Shown here: piece by piece, positions 48,101-56,761 of the stretch
How positions within the stretch are numbered: position 1 is the first letter of the stretch
Layout of the letters: each line of letters starts with the position of its first letter
NCBI GenBank assembly: GCA_963764165.1
Contig: CAVXRD010000002.1
Coordinates: 544,001 to 608,000 of the forward strand
Direction of reading: 5' to 3'
DNA: 64,000 nt
From: an uncultured Verrucomicrobiae bacterium
GTDB lineage: Bacteria; Verrucomicrobiota; Verrucomicrobiia; Limisphaerales; Palsa-1400
The notes under the pieces: model-generated
Told to the model about the DNA's origin: nothing
The model's database searches: none
The model's input: only the letters and a program-made list of their open reading frames with translations
Program-made: the position numbers and the translations under genes

Positions 48101-48240
48101 GCGTCCAATCCACCGCTTCTCTTTCGGGGAATTGGACTACGCTGACAAATTTGACTTTGGAATCGAGTCCGACTCTTTACGTGGATTACACGTCCCTTAC
48201 CAATTCCCATCAATTCTACCGTGTTGTGCCGATTCCATAG
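45154..48240 (+). CDS. Secreted multi-beta-propeller protein (YncE-like + Kelch + NHL-like) with Ig domain
   Basis: AVNPALNRIY repeats; Kelch repeats YVAGG...YDP..DTWT; LYVAD repeats; SYQWQLNG Ig. Confidence 0.8.
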   Translation: MNLMPSKKEIALFSLLLAVITQGVAQPVVLTNIPVSSGSLAAVNPALNRIYISAGDNNSPQTLVIDGVTFNQITVLAGWGAGVDLDNNDVWTANVYAGTVTPWNSSDVSLGSVQLADCPIAIGVDSPHRVVWVGAQCGGGNDPLWAIDADTDAIIDGPISSGGVQGPVLVNPATGLVYIAPSGVPEEINPTNFAVTSTAFGPVLAVNAAVNLLYAPNSGTNLQIINGTYPETVLTNVALPFSFSPNIGVNPVLNRIYAGNSGSNTVVILNATTGQYEGSISLGAGVTSVQAVLADDVRSRVYATAIVGGSPMLYVIQDSIVEGGVWTEKSALPAGANFPVAASVNGMAYVMGGFNGSPLSSFYSYNPLSNTWTTLPPMPGGRYQMDGAGVIGSKIYVAGGWTISPPLPNNNLWVYDTVANSWSSTNAQMPLLSADGAGGVISNKYYVTTSDDGYDGYYNFLHVYDPSLDTWTQLAGSPVPHSQPGYGVIGSKLYVAGGNDGSANSTQLDVYDPASDTWTTKSPMSTPRSGCGSAVLNGKLYVFGGYDGTNYLSSMESYDPKSDSWTTEAPMLTPTDGAAGANVNGVIYAIGGSDSVQTLSSNEAFATLNISLVSINDPVMKNPAQIASDGINLYVSGVGTNNNQCIFRVPISGGPAAIVYNALNPWQVAVIGTNLFWIDPNAGPVGDTEILRGSTTGTAPLAPIYVGEQVGQPIVDGVGLTTDGSELYAADEVDGTVWRLNPDGSGLTQLGPQRYSGYFSTEHVNTIADYQGVLYVADSGKAGVDSPQVLSIATNGSSFATLASGAPFVSPGSIAVGNGMIYIADEGATNTIWQMPISGGAPTPLVSGPPFVSIAGLAYVNGTLFVADYVGDAIYAINLPQPAISAEPANSTATSGGSTTLTVGVAGNGPFSYQWQLNGANIAGATNATLAISGFSDANAGLYTVTVNNAWGSVTSAPVSVAGVDIKMLATVVINGFPGLTYSVQSTASLSGNWTTLTNLTLESSPTLYVDYTSLTNSHQFYRVVPIP

Positions 48241-48290
48241 CGGCAAGCGGAGATCGACTTAATGACGAAGCCATATATCGAAAATAAAAA

Positions 48291-49424
48291 ATGAGAGCAA
48301 TTATCTTAACTATGGCGGCAATAGGCGCATCAGCCGGCCTCCTTTGCGCCGGGCCGCTTGATTCCTGGACGAGCCGCAGTTCGGGAGCCGCCAACGTACT
48401 TTATGGGGCCACTTTTGCCAATGGCACTTTCGTGACGGTAGGGGATTCTGGAACGCTGCTAACCTCGCAGGATGGCATTAATTGGACGAACCAAAACATC
48501 GGGAACCCGAATATCGGCGCTGGCATCACCTACGACGGCAGCCTCTGGGTAGCATCGGGTTTTGGAGGCGCCATTATGACTTCCACAGATTTGCATTCGT
48601 GGGCGCCGCAAAATTCCGGGACCACCAATTTGCTTTTAAAGCTTCGTTATGTTAATGGGATGCTTGTCTCGGTCGGACAAAACGGCACCATCTTAACCTC
48701 CGCCAACGCCACGAACTGGACCAGCCAAAATTCTGGCACAGCCACTCAACTCCAAGGCATCGCCTACGCCAATGGAACTTTTGTGGTCGTTGGGCAAAGC
48801 GGCGTCATCCTAAGTTCCCCCGATGCTGTCACATGGACAGCCAGGGTTTCGGGGATTTCGGGGGATTTGACCGGTGTCGTTTTTGGCAATGGCCTGTTTG
48901 TGGCGTCCGGAAATAACGCCCCGAGCGGAGGCGGCACGATCCTTACTTCGCCGGAAGGAATCAATTGGACGAAACAAAATTCCCAAGCGCCGAATGAACT
49001 CAGTGGCATCACTTTTGCCAACGGCATATTTGTCGCGGTAGGCAGCGCGGGCGGGCCGCATCAAAATATTGACACCTCGCCGGATGGAACAAATTGGACG
49101 CTGCGAAGCTCGGGACTCGGCCCAAGCCTGTATAGCGCCGCGTTTGGGGCTGGCACTTTTGTCGCAGTGGGCGGCGCCACTTCCGGCGCCATCCTTCAAT
49201 CCGGGAGCACCTCCCTGACCATTATCCAGCCCGAACTGGCGGCAGGCTCGTTTACGGGCACTATTAACAATGGTGTCGGGCAGAAATCCGTTGTGCAGGC
49301 GTCGACTAATCTAACAGATTGGCTGGACATCGTTACCAACCTCAGCACTCCTTCAACATCCTCCTTTCAAGACACCAACGCGGGCGTTCTCCAGCACCGG
49401 TTTTACCGCGCGGTGGCGCCGTGA
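48291..49424 (+). CDS. Secreted BNR/WD40-like repeat protein
   Basis: Repeats of FANGTFVxVGxxGTILTSxDGxNWT. Confidence 0.8.
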   Translation: MRAIILTMAAIGASAGLLCAGPLDSWTSRSSGAANVLYGATFANGTFVTVGDSGTLLTSQDGINWTNQNIGNPNIGAGITYDGSLWVASGFGGAIMTSTDLHSWAPQNSGTTNLLLKLRYVNGMLVSVGQNGTILTSANATNWTSQNSGTATQLQGIAYANGTFVVVGQSGVILSSPDAVTWTARVSGISGDLTGVVFGNGLFVASGNNAPSGGGTILTSPEGINWTKQNSQAPNELSGITFANGIFVAVGSAGGPHQNIDTSPDGTNWTLRSSGLGPSLYSAAFGAGTFVAVGGATSGAILQSGSTSLTIIQPELAAGSFTGTINNGVGQKSVVQASTNLTDWLDIVTNLSTPSTSSFQDTNAGVLQHRFYRAVAP

Positions 49425-49936
49425 TCTTTTTCTGACAGCGCTTCCTTCCGCAGCTTTTTCGCAATCAGCCAATCAAGCGAGAAGGCGCCGGGGCCGAAGC
49501 AGAAGACAATGACCGCGGCGAGCATGAAAAGGAACGGGGCCGCGCTGACGAATTTGTCCGGATCATCGAAGAGGTGTTTGACAGAGTCAATGTCCGCTGT
49601 CAAATAGGCGATGGTCATGGTAAAAATCAACGGGATCGAGACAAGGCGCGAGCCAAGCCCCGCCAGCAGCAGCAGGCCGCCAAAGCATTCGGTTCCCCCC
49701 GCCAGATAAACATTGAACTTTGGAAACGGGATGTGAAGACGCTGGAAGAATTCGGTTTTGCCGGGGATATCCATCAGCTTCCCCTTGCCGGTCTCGAAGA
49801 ATTGCCAGCCCCAATACAAGCGGATGGCGAGCAAGAGCGGCGATTGCAGCGATTCCCCTGCCCTGACAAGCAATCGGTAGCTCCGGCGGAGGATGCAGGT
49901 TTCGCATTTTTCGGCGGCTTTGGCGGTTTGTTCCAT
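49403..49936 (-). CDS. DoxX family membrane protein
   Basis: IRLYWGWQFFETGKGKL, ECFGGLLLLAGLGSR, GPGAFSLD. Confidence 0.9.
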   Translation of the reverse strand: MEQTAKAAEKCETCILRRSYRLLVRAGESLQSPLLLAIRLYWGWQFFETGKGKLMDIPGKTEFFQRLHIPFPKFNVYLAGGTECFGGLLLLAGLGSRLVSIPLIFTMTIAYLTADIDSVKHLFDDPDKFVSAAPFLFMLAAVIVFCFGPGAFSLDWLIAKKLRKEALSEKDHGATAR

Positions 49937-49991
49937 ATTGTCCTAAAGGCAGAATGTCAAAATGAGGCAAAGCATGTCAACCGAACGGGCC

Positions 49992-50055
49992 GGCAGGGCG
50001 ACGCTCCTGCGGAGCCTTCCCCGCAAAGACGGCCCGGCGGGAGCCTCGCCCTGCC
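49992..50055. repeat. Degenerate REP pair
   Basis: GGCAGGGCGACGCTCCTGCGGAGCC...GGCCCGGCGGGAGCCTCGCCCTGCC; same family as 24757-24821. Confidence 0.75.
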
Positions 50056-50071
50056 AAGATTTGCTCGATCA

Positions 50072-50323
50072 TTAAGCCGCTTTGCAGCCGCCTTTGCCCT
50101 TGCAGCTATTCTTCCCCTTGCAGCCCATGTCGCCGGAGTTGCAGCCGCCCTGGCCTTTGCAGCTATTCATGCCTTTGCAATCGTGCTTGGCGCTCGCCGA
50201 TCCAGATGACGCGGCGGCCTTGCCGGAATCGTCGCTCGAACTGCAGCCGGCCAATCCCATCGTGCCCGCAACCATTCCGGCCACTGCGGCACTAATCATC
50301 AATGTTCTTGCTGTTCTTGTCAT
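50072..50323 (-). CDS. Exported Cys-rich peptide (bufferin BufA2-like precursor), lipoprotein-type signal
   Basis: ...MGLAGC lipobox; HDCKGMNSCKGQGGC...GCKGKNSCKGKGGC; ATG at 50323. Confidence 0.8.
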   Translation of the reverse strand: MTRTARTLMISAAVAGMVAGTMGLAGCSSSDDSGKAAASSGSASAKHDCKGMNSCKGQGGCNSGDMGCKGKNSCKGKGGCKAA

Positions 50324-50415
50324 AATATCTGTTTGTTTGATTCTGCGTTTTATTTGACTCGCCGAACTTTTCCTGGCACGGCCCATTGCCGTGAAACCGA
50401 TGTGTTCGACGCCTG

Positions 50416-50444
50416 TTCGTCGCGGCTGCAGCAGAAACCTTACA
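50416..50444 (-). promoter_or_regulatory. Putative ECF sigma promoter of the Cys-rich peptide/doxX genes
   Basis: TGTAAGGTTT-N10-CGCGACGAA, same as 51551-51579. Confidence 0.75.
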
Positions 50445-50459
50445 AGGACCTTTGGAAAT

Positions 50460-50765
50460 TTATTTCCTCCCGGACTGAAGCCGCCGTTTGATGCGTTCAC
50501 GGGCTTCGGTGGACAAGCTTGCCGCGGGCGCCTCTTGAATATCGGCGGAGTGCTCGTGGGCGGAAGCGTGCAAGAGCGCAATCTGCTTCCCATAACGGGC
50601 GCACCATTTGCAAAGAATGAGATGGCCGCGCAAGCCAAACGTTTCCAGCGGCGTCAATTTTCGATCCAGCGCGGCGGATTGAAGCCGAGTGGCTTGCTTG
50701 CAGCTCATTGATACCGTGCCCAGCCATCTTGCGGCTTTACGGAGAAAATTTCCTGATTCGTTCAT
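50460..50765 (-). CDS. Zinc-binding (zf-HC2/ZAS) anti-sigma factor
   Basis: SCKQATRLQS...HLILCKWCARY (HxxxCxxC). Confidence 0.85.
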   Translation of the reverse strand: MNESGNFLRKAARWLGTVSMSCKQATRLQSAALDRKLTPLETFGLRGHLILCKWCARYGKQIALLHASAHEHSADIQEAPAASLSTEARERIKRRLQSGRK

Positions 50766-50826
50766 TGGCGCTTCGGACGCGAAAGCATGAGTCCAACAAG
50801 GTTGGTCGCGGCATTGATTCGGATCC

Positions 50827-51474
50827 TTACATTTTCTTTGCAATTTTTTCCGCCGCCTCGCTCTTCCCAAACCAATTGATTTCCATGCAGCGCCGCAACG
50901 CCATCCGCGCCCGGTGCAGCATCACCCAAAGGTTGCTCTCGGAAATATTGAGGGTCGCGCAGATTTCCTTGCTCCCAACGCCATCGACCTCGCGCATGAC
51001 AAACACGGCCCCCACCTTTTGCGGCAGCTTGTCGGAGCAGTTGCGGAACGTCTGCCAAAAGACCGCGTCGTCGAGGCTGGCGCCCGGATCGGGCCAGTCT
51101 TGAGGGGCGCGGTCAGCCAGCCAGCCATCCTTGAATGCCCCTTGGGACACAAACCGATCCCCCTCCTCATTCGCGTAAAACTCCATGTCGGTGAAAGACT
51201 TTTCGCGGCTGGCTTTGCGGTAGTAGTCGGAAATTTTATTTTTAAGGATGCCGACCAGCCAGCTTTTCTCGGCGGAACGCCCGGAAAAACTTTGTCCCCC
51301 CTTGAGCGCGGCGAGGAAAGTCTCTTGCACGGCATCCTCCGCTTGTGTTTCGTCACGCAGGCGCATCATGGCGAAACGGAACAGGTAATCGCCATGCAGT
51401 TCGACCCAGCGTTCCGGATCGGACAATCCCGTTGCCGCCGCTTGGATTTCCGGCGGCGGGCTTTGAATTGGCAT
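50827..51474 (-). CDS. ECF sigma factor
   Basis: HGDYLFRFA, AEDAVQETF, WLVGILKNKISD, NLWVMLHRARMALRRCME; start 51474 or 51516. Confidence 0.9.
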   Translation of the reverse strand: MPIQSPPPEIQAAATGLSDPERWVELHGDYLFRFAMMRLRDETQAEDAVQETFLAALKGGQSFSGRSAEKSWLVGILKNKISDYYRKASREKSFTDMEFYANEEGDRFVSQGAFKDGWLADRAPQDWPDPGASLDDAVFWQTFRNCSDKLPQKVGAVFVMREVDGVGSKEICATLNISESNLWVMLHRARMALRRCMEINWFGKSEAAEKIAKKM

Positions 51475-51550
51475 TGGACCATCGTCTGCTCGCACGCAGA
51501 AAGTGTCATCGTTCATGCGACAAAGGCAAGCCCGGGAAGGACCGAAATAG

Positions 51551-51579
51551 TGTAAGGTTTGAGAGGCCCGCGCGACGAA
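51551..51579 (+). promoter_or_regulatory. Putative ECF sigma promoter of msrBA
   Basis: TGTAAGGTTT-N10-CGCGACGAA. Confidence 0.75.
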
Positions 51580-51676
51580 TGGGTGGCGCAATGGTTCGAA
51601 AAACCCTTGCGCCGGACGCGACTGGCTGGATATTGCATCCAGAGCGCGAGCTGAAACGATTAACGATTGGAGCATT

Positions 51677-52750
51677 ATGTCATCGATCAAATTCGCCACC
51701 GTGGCCGCAGCCGCATTGCTGGCGGCCGGATTTTTGTGGTTTAAGCACACTGGAAATGCGCAGCCGGCCGAGCCATCAACTTTCGAGCCGGCCCTGGTCA
51801 AAGATTTCAAAAAACCCGATGAGGCCCAGCTAAAAAAGAAACTTACCTCGCAACAGTTCGCTGTCACCCAGAAGTGTGGAACCGAGCCACCCTTCCAGAA
51901 CGCCTATTGGGACAATCACAAACCCGGAATTTACGTGGACGTGGTTTCGGGCCAGCCGTTGTTTAGCTCGCTGGAGAAATTTGATTCCGGGACTGGCTGG
52001 CCTAGCTTCACCCAGCCGCTCGCCAGCACCAACGTCGTCGAGAAAACGGATTCCACCCTTGGCATGACGCGGACCGAAGTGCGGTCAAGCGCGGCGGATT
52101 CGCACTTGGGCCACGTTTTCAATGATGGGCCGGGGACGAACGGCTTGCGCTATTGCATTAATTCAGCCGCGCTGAAGTTCATTCCCGTCGAGGAGATGGA
52201 CCAGGCCGGTTACGGGGAATATCTGGAGCCATTTGTGAAGGCCGGGCTCGCCAAGCCGGTGACCCATGAAACAGCGATTCTTTCCGGAGGCTGTTTTTGG
52301 GGAATGGAGGAAATCATCCGGAAAATACCGGGCGTTGCGAAAACAACTGTCGGCTTCTGCGGAGGAATCACGCCCGACCCGACCTATGAGGAAGTTTGCA
52401 CGGGCAATACCGGACACGCCGAATCAGTCGAGATTCTTTTCGATCCGGCCAAAATCAGCTACGAAAAGCTGCTGGATTATTTCTTCCGGATGCACGACCC
52501 AACGACTTTGAACCAGCAGCACAACGATCGCGGGACGCAATATCGCTCGGCCATTTTTTACGTCACGCCGGAGCAGAAACAAATCGCCGAGCGCGTCAAA
52601 GCGCGGTGGGACAAATCCGGCAAATTCAGCAAGCCCATCGTCACTGAAATCACGGCCGCGACGCCCTTTTATCCCGCGGAAGAATATCACCAGAAATACC
52701 TGGTCAAGCACCCGCATGGTTACAATTGCCACGTGCTGCGCGATGAGTGA
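51677..52750 (+). CDS. msrAB: Bifunctional methionine sulfoxide reductase (MsrB-MsrA order), N-terminal export signal
   Basis: [29 protein letters not shown] (MsrB); [19 protein letters not shown] (MsrA). Confidence 0.95.
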   Translation: MSSIKFATVAAAALLAAGFLWFKHTGNAQPAEPSTFEPALVKDFKKPDEAQLKKKLTSQQFAVTQKCGTEPPFQNAYWDNHKPGIYVDVVSGQPLFSSLEKFDSGTGWPSFTQPLASTNVVEKTDSTLGMTRTEVRSSAADSHLGHVFNDGPGTNGLRYCINSAALKFIPVEEMDQAGYGEYLEPFVKAGLAKPVTHETAILSGGCFWGMEEIIRKIPGVAKTTVGFCGGITPDPTYEEVCTGNTGHAESVEILFDPAKISYEKLLDYFFRMHDPTTLNQQHNDRGTQYRSAIFYVTPEQKQIAERVKARWDKSGKFSKPIVTEITAATPFYPAEEYHQKYLVKHPHGYNCHVLRDE

Positions 52751-52914
52751 CGGAAGGCGATTTGGCAAAATTCGGCGGATAATTTTTAATCTGGAACGAC
52801 CGAACTCAGGAAAAGAGACGGATGCGCAAACCTGCCGCTTGTCTCGCTCAAATTGGGCCTCCCGCGTTCGCGGCGAGCGCTTGATTTCGCTGGCTGGGAA
52901 GGCACACTCATCGG

Positions 52915-55900
52915 ATGTGTAACCACGATCAATGGCGGGAAGGCGCTCTCGCGATTCTCTGCTGCGCAATCCTCCAGCCGTTCTTTGCGGCGGCCCAAGG
53001 CAACGTCACCACTTACCATAACGACAATGCCCGCACCGGCCAGTACCTGACGGAAACGAATCTCACCCTCGCCAACGTCAATACGAACACGTTCGGTTTG
53101 CTTTTCTCCCAGCCCGTCGATGGCCAGATTTACGGCCAGCCGCTTTACGTCGCGGGCGTGAACATCGCCAACAAGGGAATTCACAACGTCGTGGTCGTCG
53201 CCACTGAAAATGACAGCGTGTATGCGTTTGACGCGGATAATAATTTGGGCAGCAACGCCGCGCCGCTGTGGCAGACCAATTTTCTCAACGCCGCCGCGGG
53301 CGTGACGGCGGTGCCAAATGGCGACGTCGGCTCCGGGAACATCGCGCCAGTCATCGGCATCACGAGCACTCCGGTTATTGATCCTGTCACGCAAACTGTC
53401 TACGTCGAAGCCAAGACAAAAGAAGTGACGTCCAGCACGACTAGTTACGTCCACCGGTTGCATGCCCTGGACTTGGGATCTGGGGCGGAAAAATTTGGCG
53501 GGCCGGTGGTCATTTCGCCTGTTGTCAAAGGCACGGGCGATGGAAACGATGGCTCTGGCAATGTCCCGTTCAACGGATTGCGGCAGTTAAATCGCCCTGG
53601 TCTGCTGCTGTTGAACGGCGTGGTTTACATTGCCTACGCCTCCCACGGCGATAACGGCCCCTACCACGGCTGGATTCTTGGTTTCAACGCCCAGACTCTG
53701 AAGCCGCAGGGAATTTACATTACGACACCCAACGGCGGATTGGGAGGCTTCTGGGAGGCTGGCGACGGCCCATGCGCCGACACCAACGGGGCGATATACG
53801 CCGTCACCGGCAACGGATCGTTCGACGGTTCCACGAACAGCGATTACGGGGACAGTTTTGTCAAATTGACGGTCTCCGGCACGAATCTCACCCAGGCCGA
53901 TTATTTTACGCCTTATAACCAAGCCAGCCTCTCCGGCTCGGATCTGGACGTGGGCAGCGGCGGCGCGCTGCTGTTGCCGGATGCGGCTGGCAGCGCCACG
54001 CATCAGCACCTTATGACGGGTGGAGGAAAATCTGGAATCCTTTATCTGGTGGATCGGGACAATCTTGGGCACTTCAATTCCGCGAACAACAACCAGATTG
54101 TGCAATCGCTGACCGGGCTGCCCGGGTTGTTTTCGACGCCAGCTTATTTCAATGGCATGATCTACGTGATCGGAGGCGGAGGATCACTGGAAGCTTTTAC
54201 CTGCACCAACGGCGCGTTCGGGACGACACCCGCGGCGACCGGCCCAGAAGGATATGGGTGGCCCGGAGCAACGCCCTCCATCTCAGCAAACGGCGCCAGC
54301 AACGCCATCGTTTGGGCCGTGCAGCCGGCTGGTTCGGCTATCTTGCGCGCTTATAACGCGACTAATGTCGCCATGGAAATCTACAACAGCACCCAGGCAG
54401 GAAGCCGTGACGGCCTGGGCGCCCCGGTTAAATTCACCTTGCCGACCGTTGCCAACGGCAAGGTCTACGTCCCGACGGCTGCGGCAGTGGCGGTCTTTGG
54501 CAACGGTTTATGGGGCACGCCGCCGACGATCACGCCCAACGGCGGCGTTTTTACAAATTCCATCACCGTTTCGCTTTCATCGAGCGTTGCCGGCGCCATG
54601 ATTTATTACACATTGGACGGAACGGTTCCGACGACAAGCTCGACGCCGTATACTATTCCTTTCACTCTGACAAATGCGACGGTGGTCCAAGCCATTGCGA
54701 GCGCGCCAAACGAAAACATCAGCAATCCGTCGGCAGCGCTGTTTTACCCGGTCACCTCCAATACCGTGATTGCTGGATTCGGCGCGGGTTGGACTTTGAA
54801 CAACGGGGCGGCGCTCTCCAGCAACGTCCTCACGCTGACGGACGGCAATGGCGGGGAAGCGCGCACCGCGTTTTACAACACGCCGGTCTACATCGGCTCG
54901 TTCAACGCGCAATTTGTTTACCAGGGCGTGGGCGAAGCGGACGGCACCGCATTTGTCATCCAAGATTCCAGCAGCGGGACTGGCGCATTGGGCTATTCCG
55001 GCGGCGCATTGGGCTACGGCGGAATCACGCCAAGCGCGGCGGTCGAATTCAATCTTTACAGTGGGGCCGGCGGCAGCGGCACCGCTTATGCCACCGATGG
55101 CGCAACCGGAACCTATAACTCGACGCTTCCATTGAACCTCGACGACGGCAATCCCGTGTGGATTTCCTTGAATTACGATGGATCCTATTTGACCGAACGC
55201 CTGGACGACCTCGTCACCGGCGACGTTTATGAGACAAATTACCAAGTGATCCTCGCGTCAACGCTCGGCAGCAACATTGCGCTGGTCGGCTTCACCGGCG
55301 GCACTGGCGGGAGCGTGTCGGTGCAAACGATCTCGGATTTCATTTTCACCGAACTCTCGCCGCCTGCTGCTTCGCCGACGTTTGCGCCAAACGGGGCCAT
55401 ATTCACAAATTCGATTTTGGTCTCCATCAACGCGCAAGGGAGCGGCGGGCAGATTTATTACACGCTGGACGGATCGTTCCCGAGCACGAATTCCATTGCC
55501 TACACGGGTCCGTTTCTCTTGACAAACACGGCGGCCATCAAGGCAGTCGCAATCACTCCGAACGCCGCACCCAGCGCGCCTGCATTTGCCTTTTTCGGAG
55601 AGCAATCGGTTGGGACGGGCATTTCAGCATTCGGCGGCAACGGCGCAGGATGGACTTTGAACGGTGGCGCGACGGTCACCGGAGATGTCCTTGAATTGAC
55701 TGACGGAAACGGAAGCGAGGCGCGAAGCGCCTTTTTTAACACCCGCCAGATCGTCACGAACTTCGTCGCCCGCTTCATTTATCAAAGCACCGGCGGCGCG
55801 GACGGAACGACTTTCACTCTCCAAAACGCCGCCACCGGAGCAAGTTCGCTAGGAGGAGGCGGCGGAAATTTGGGCTATAACGGCATCACGCCGAGCGCGG

Positions 55901-56436
55901 CCGTCGAATTCAACCTTTACTCGGGCCAGGGTGGAACCGGAACCCGCTTCGCGACCGACGGGACGACCGGCGGCTACACTTCGACGCTGCCCCTTGACCT
56001 CGGCGCCAATGATCCGATCTGGGTTTCTCTGATTTACGACGGCGCGACGATGGCGGAGCGGCTGGTCGATCAGAACAACGGCAACACATTCACCGCCTCC
56101 TACGCGGTTAACCTCGCGAGCGTCATCGGAACGAATATGCCGTGGGTCGGTTTCACGGGCGGAGACGGCGGCGTGTCATCCATTCAGACGGTGACGGATT
56201 TCACCTTTTCGCCGCAATTTGCCGCGCCGGCCCTGAGCGCCTCGCTTTCCGGCTCGCAATTGACGCTCAGTTGGACGGCGGCTCCTGTCACGTATATCGT
56301 GGAATTCACAACGAATCTCGCCAATCCCACCGTGTGGCAGCAGGTGTCCCAGGCTCCTGTAACAACCGGGAACCGCGTCACCGTCAGATTGGCTGCCGGC
56401 TCCACCAATGCGTATTATCGATTGAAAGCGCAATAA
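52915..56436 (+). CDS. Large secreted protein: PQQ-like propeller + 2x (chitobiase/Fn3-associated + legume-lectin-like domain)
   Basis: VTTYHNDNARTG, IYYTLDGT.P twice, WTLNxGA...LTDG...ADGxxF...VGFTGG twice. Confidence 0.8.
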   Translation: MCNHDQWREGALAILCCAILQPFFAAAQGNVTTYHNDNARTGQYLTETNLTLANVNTNTFGLLFSQPVDGQIYGQPLYVAGVNIANKGIHNVVVVATENDSVYAFDADNNLGSNAAPLWQTNFLNAAAGVTAVPNGDVGSGNIAPVIGITSTPVIDPVTQTVYVEAKTKEVTSSTTSYVHRLHALDLGSGAEKFGGPVVISPVVKGTGDGNDGSGNVPFNGLRQLNRPGLLLLNGVVYIAYASHGDNGPYHGWILGFNAQTLKPQGIYITTPNGGLGGFWEAGDGPCADTNGAIYAVTGNGSFDGSTNSDYGDSFVKLTVSGTNLTQADYFTPYNQASLSGSDLDVGSGGALLLPDAAGSATHQHLMTGGGKSGILYLVDRDNLGHFNSANNNQIVQSLTGLPGLFSTPAYFNGMIYVIGGGGSLEAFTCTNGAFGTTPAATGPEGYGWPGATPSISANGASNAIVWAVQPAGSAILRAYNATNVAMEIYNSTQAGSRDGLGAPVKFTLPTVANGKVYVPTAAAVAVFGNGLWGTPPTITPNGGVFTNSITVSLSSSVAGAMIYYTLDGTVPTTSSTPYTIPFTLTNATVVQAIASAPNENISNPSAALFYPVTSNTVIAGFGAGWTLNNGAALSSNVLTLTDGNGGEARTAFYNTPVYIGSFNAQFVYQGVGEADGTAFVIQDSSSGTGALGYSGGALGYGGITPSAAVEFNLYSGAGGSGTAYATDGATGTYNSTLPLNLDDGNPVWISLNYDGSYLTERLDDLVTGDVYETNYQVILASTLGSNIALVGFTGGTGGSVSVQTISDFIFTELSPPAASPTFAPNGAIFTNSILVSINAQGSGGQIYYTLDGSFPSTNSIAYTGPFLLTNTAAIKAVAITPNAAPSAPAFAFFGEQSVGTGISAFGGNGAGWTLNGGATVTGDVLELTDGNGSEARSAFFNTRQIVTNFVARFIYQSTGGADGTTFTLQNAATGASSLGGGGGNLGYNGITPSAAVEFNLYSGQGGTGTRFATDGTTGGYTSTLPLDLGANDPIWVSLIYDGATMAERLVDQNNGNTFTASYAVNLASVIGTNMPWVGFTGGDGGVSSIQTVTDFTFSPQFAAPALSASLSGSQLTLSWTAAPVTYIVEFTTNLANPTVWQQVSQAPVTTGNRVTVRLAAGSTNAYYRLKAQ

Positions 56437-56761
56437 ACTGCCGCTCGGCCAACGGGGCGGCAAACCGAAAGCGCCGACGCCCCAATCCGCCAGCCCACCG
56501 AAGCTTCGCGTCCGGGCCAAGGATGAACACAAGTTGTTTATGTTCAGCACATTACAAGTAACTGCTTTACAGGCCCCCCTGCGATTAAATAATCTGACAG
56601 AATTGGTGTAACCAACGGGTCCGGAATGGCGTCTGTTTGCATTTAGAGGAGGCAATATAGCCAAAAGAGTTACATGCCCGAAAATTCTTCTTCACACGAT
56701 TGCGTGTTTCCCCACGATTTCGGACTTGACTGTCGCGGGCGAATTTTTTAAAAAAATGCCC

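Noticed and set aside
56455..56500. c-di-GMP-I riboswitch (GGCAAAC..GAAA..GACGC)
   Set aside because: Stems too short and the downstream conserved elements are missing; more likely a simple hairpin after the stop codon.
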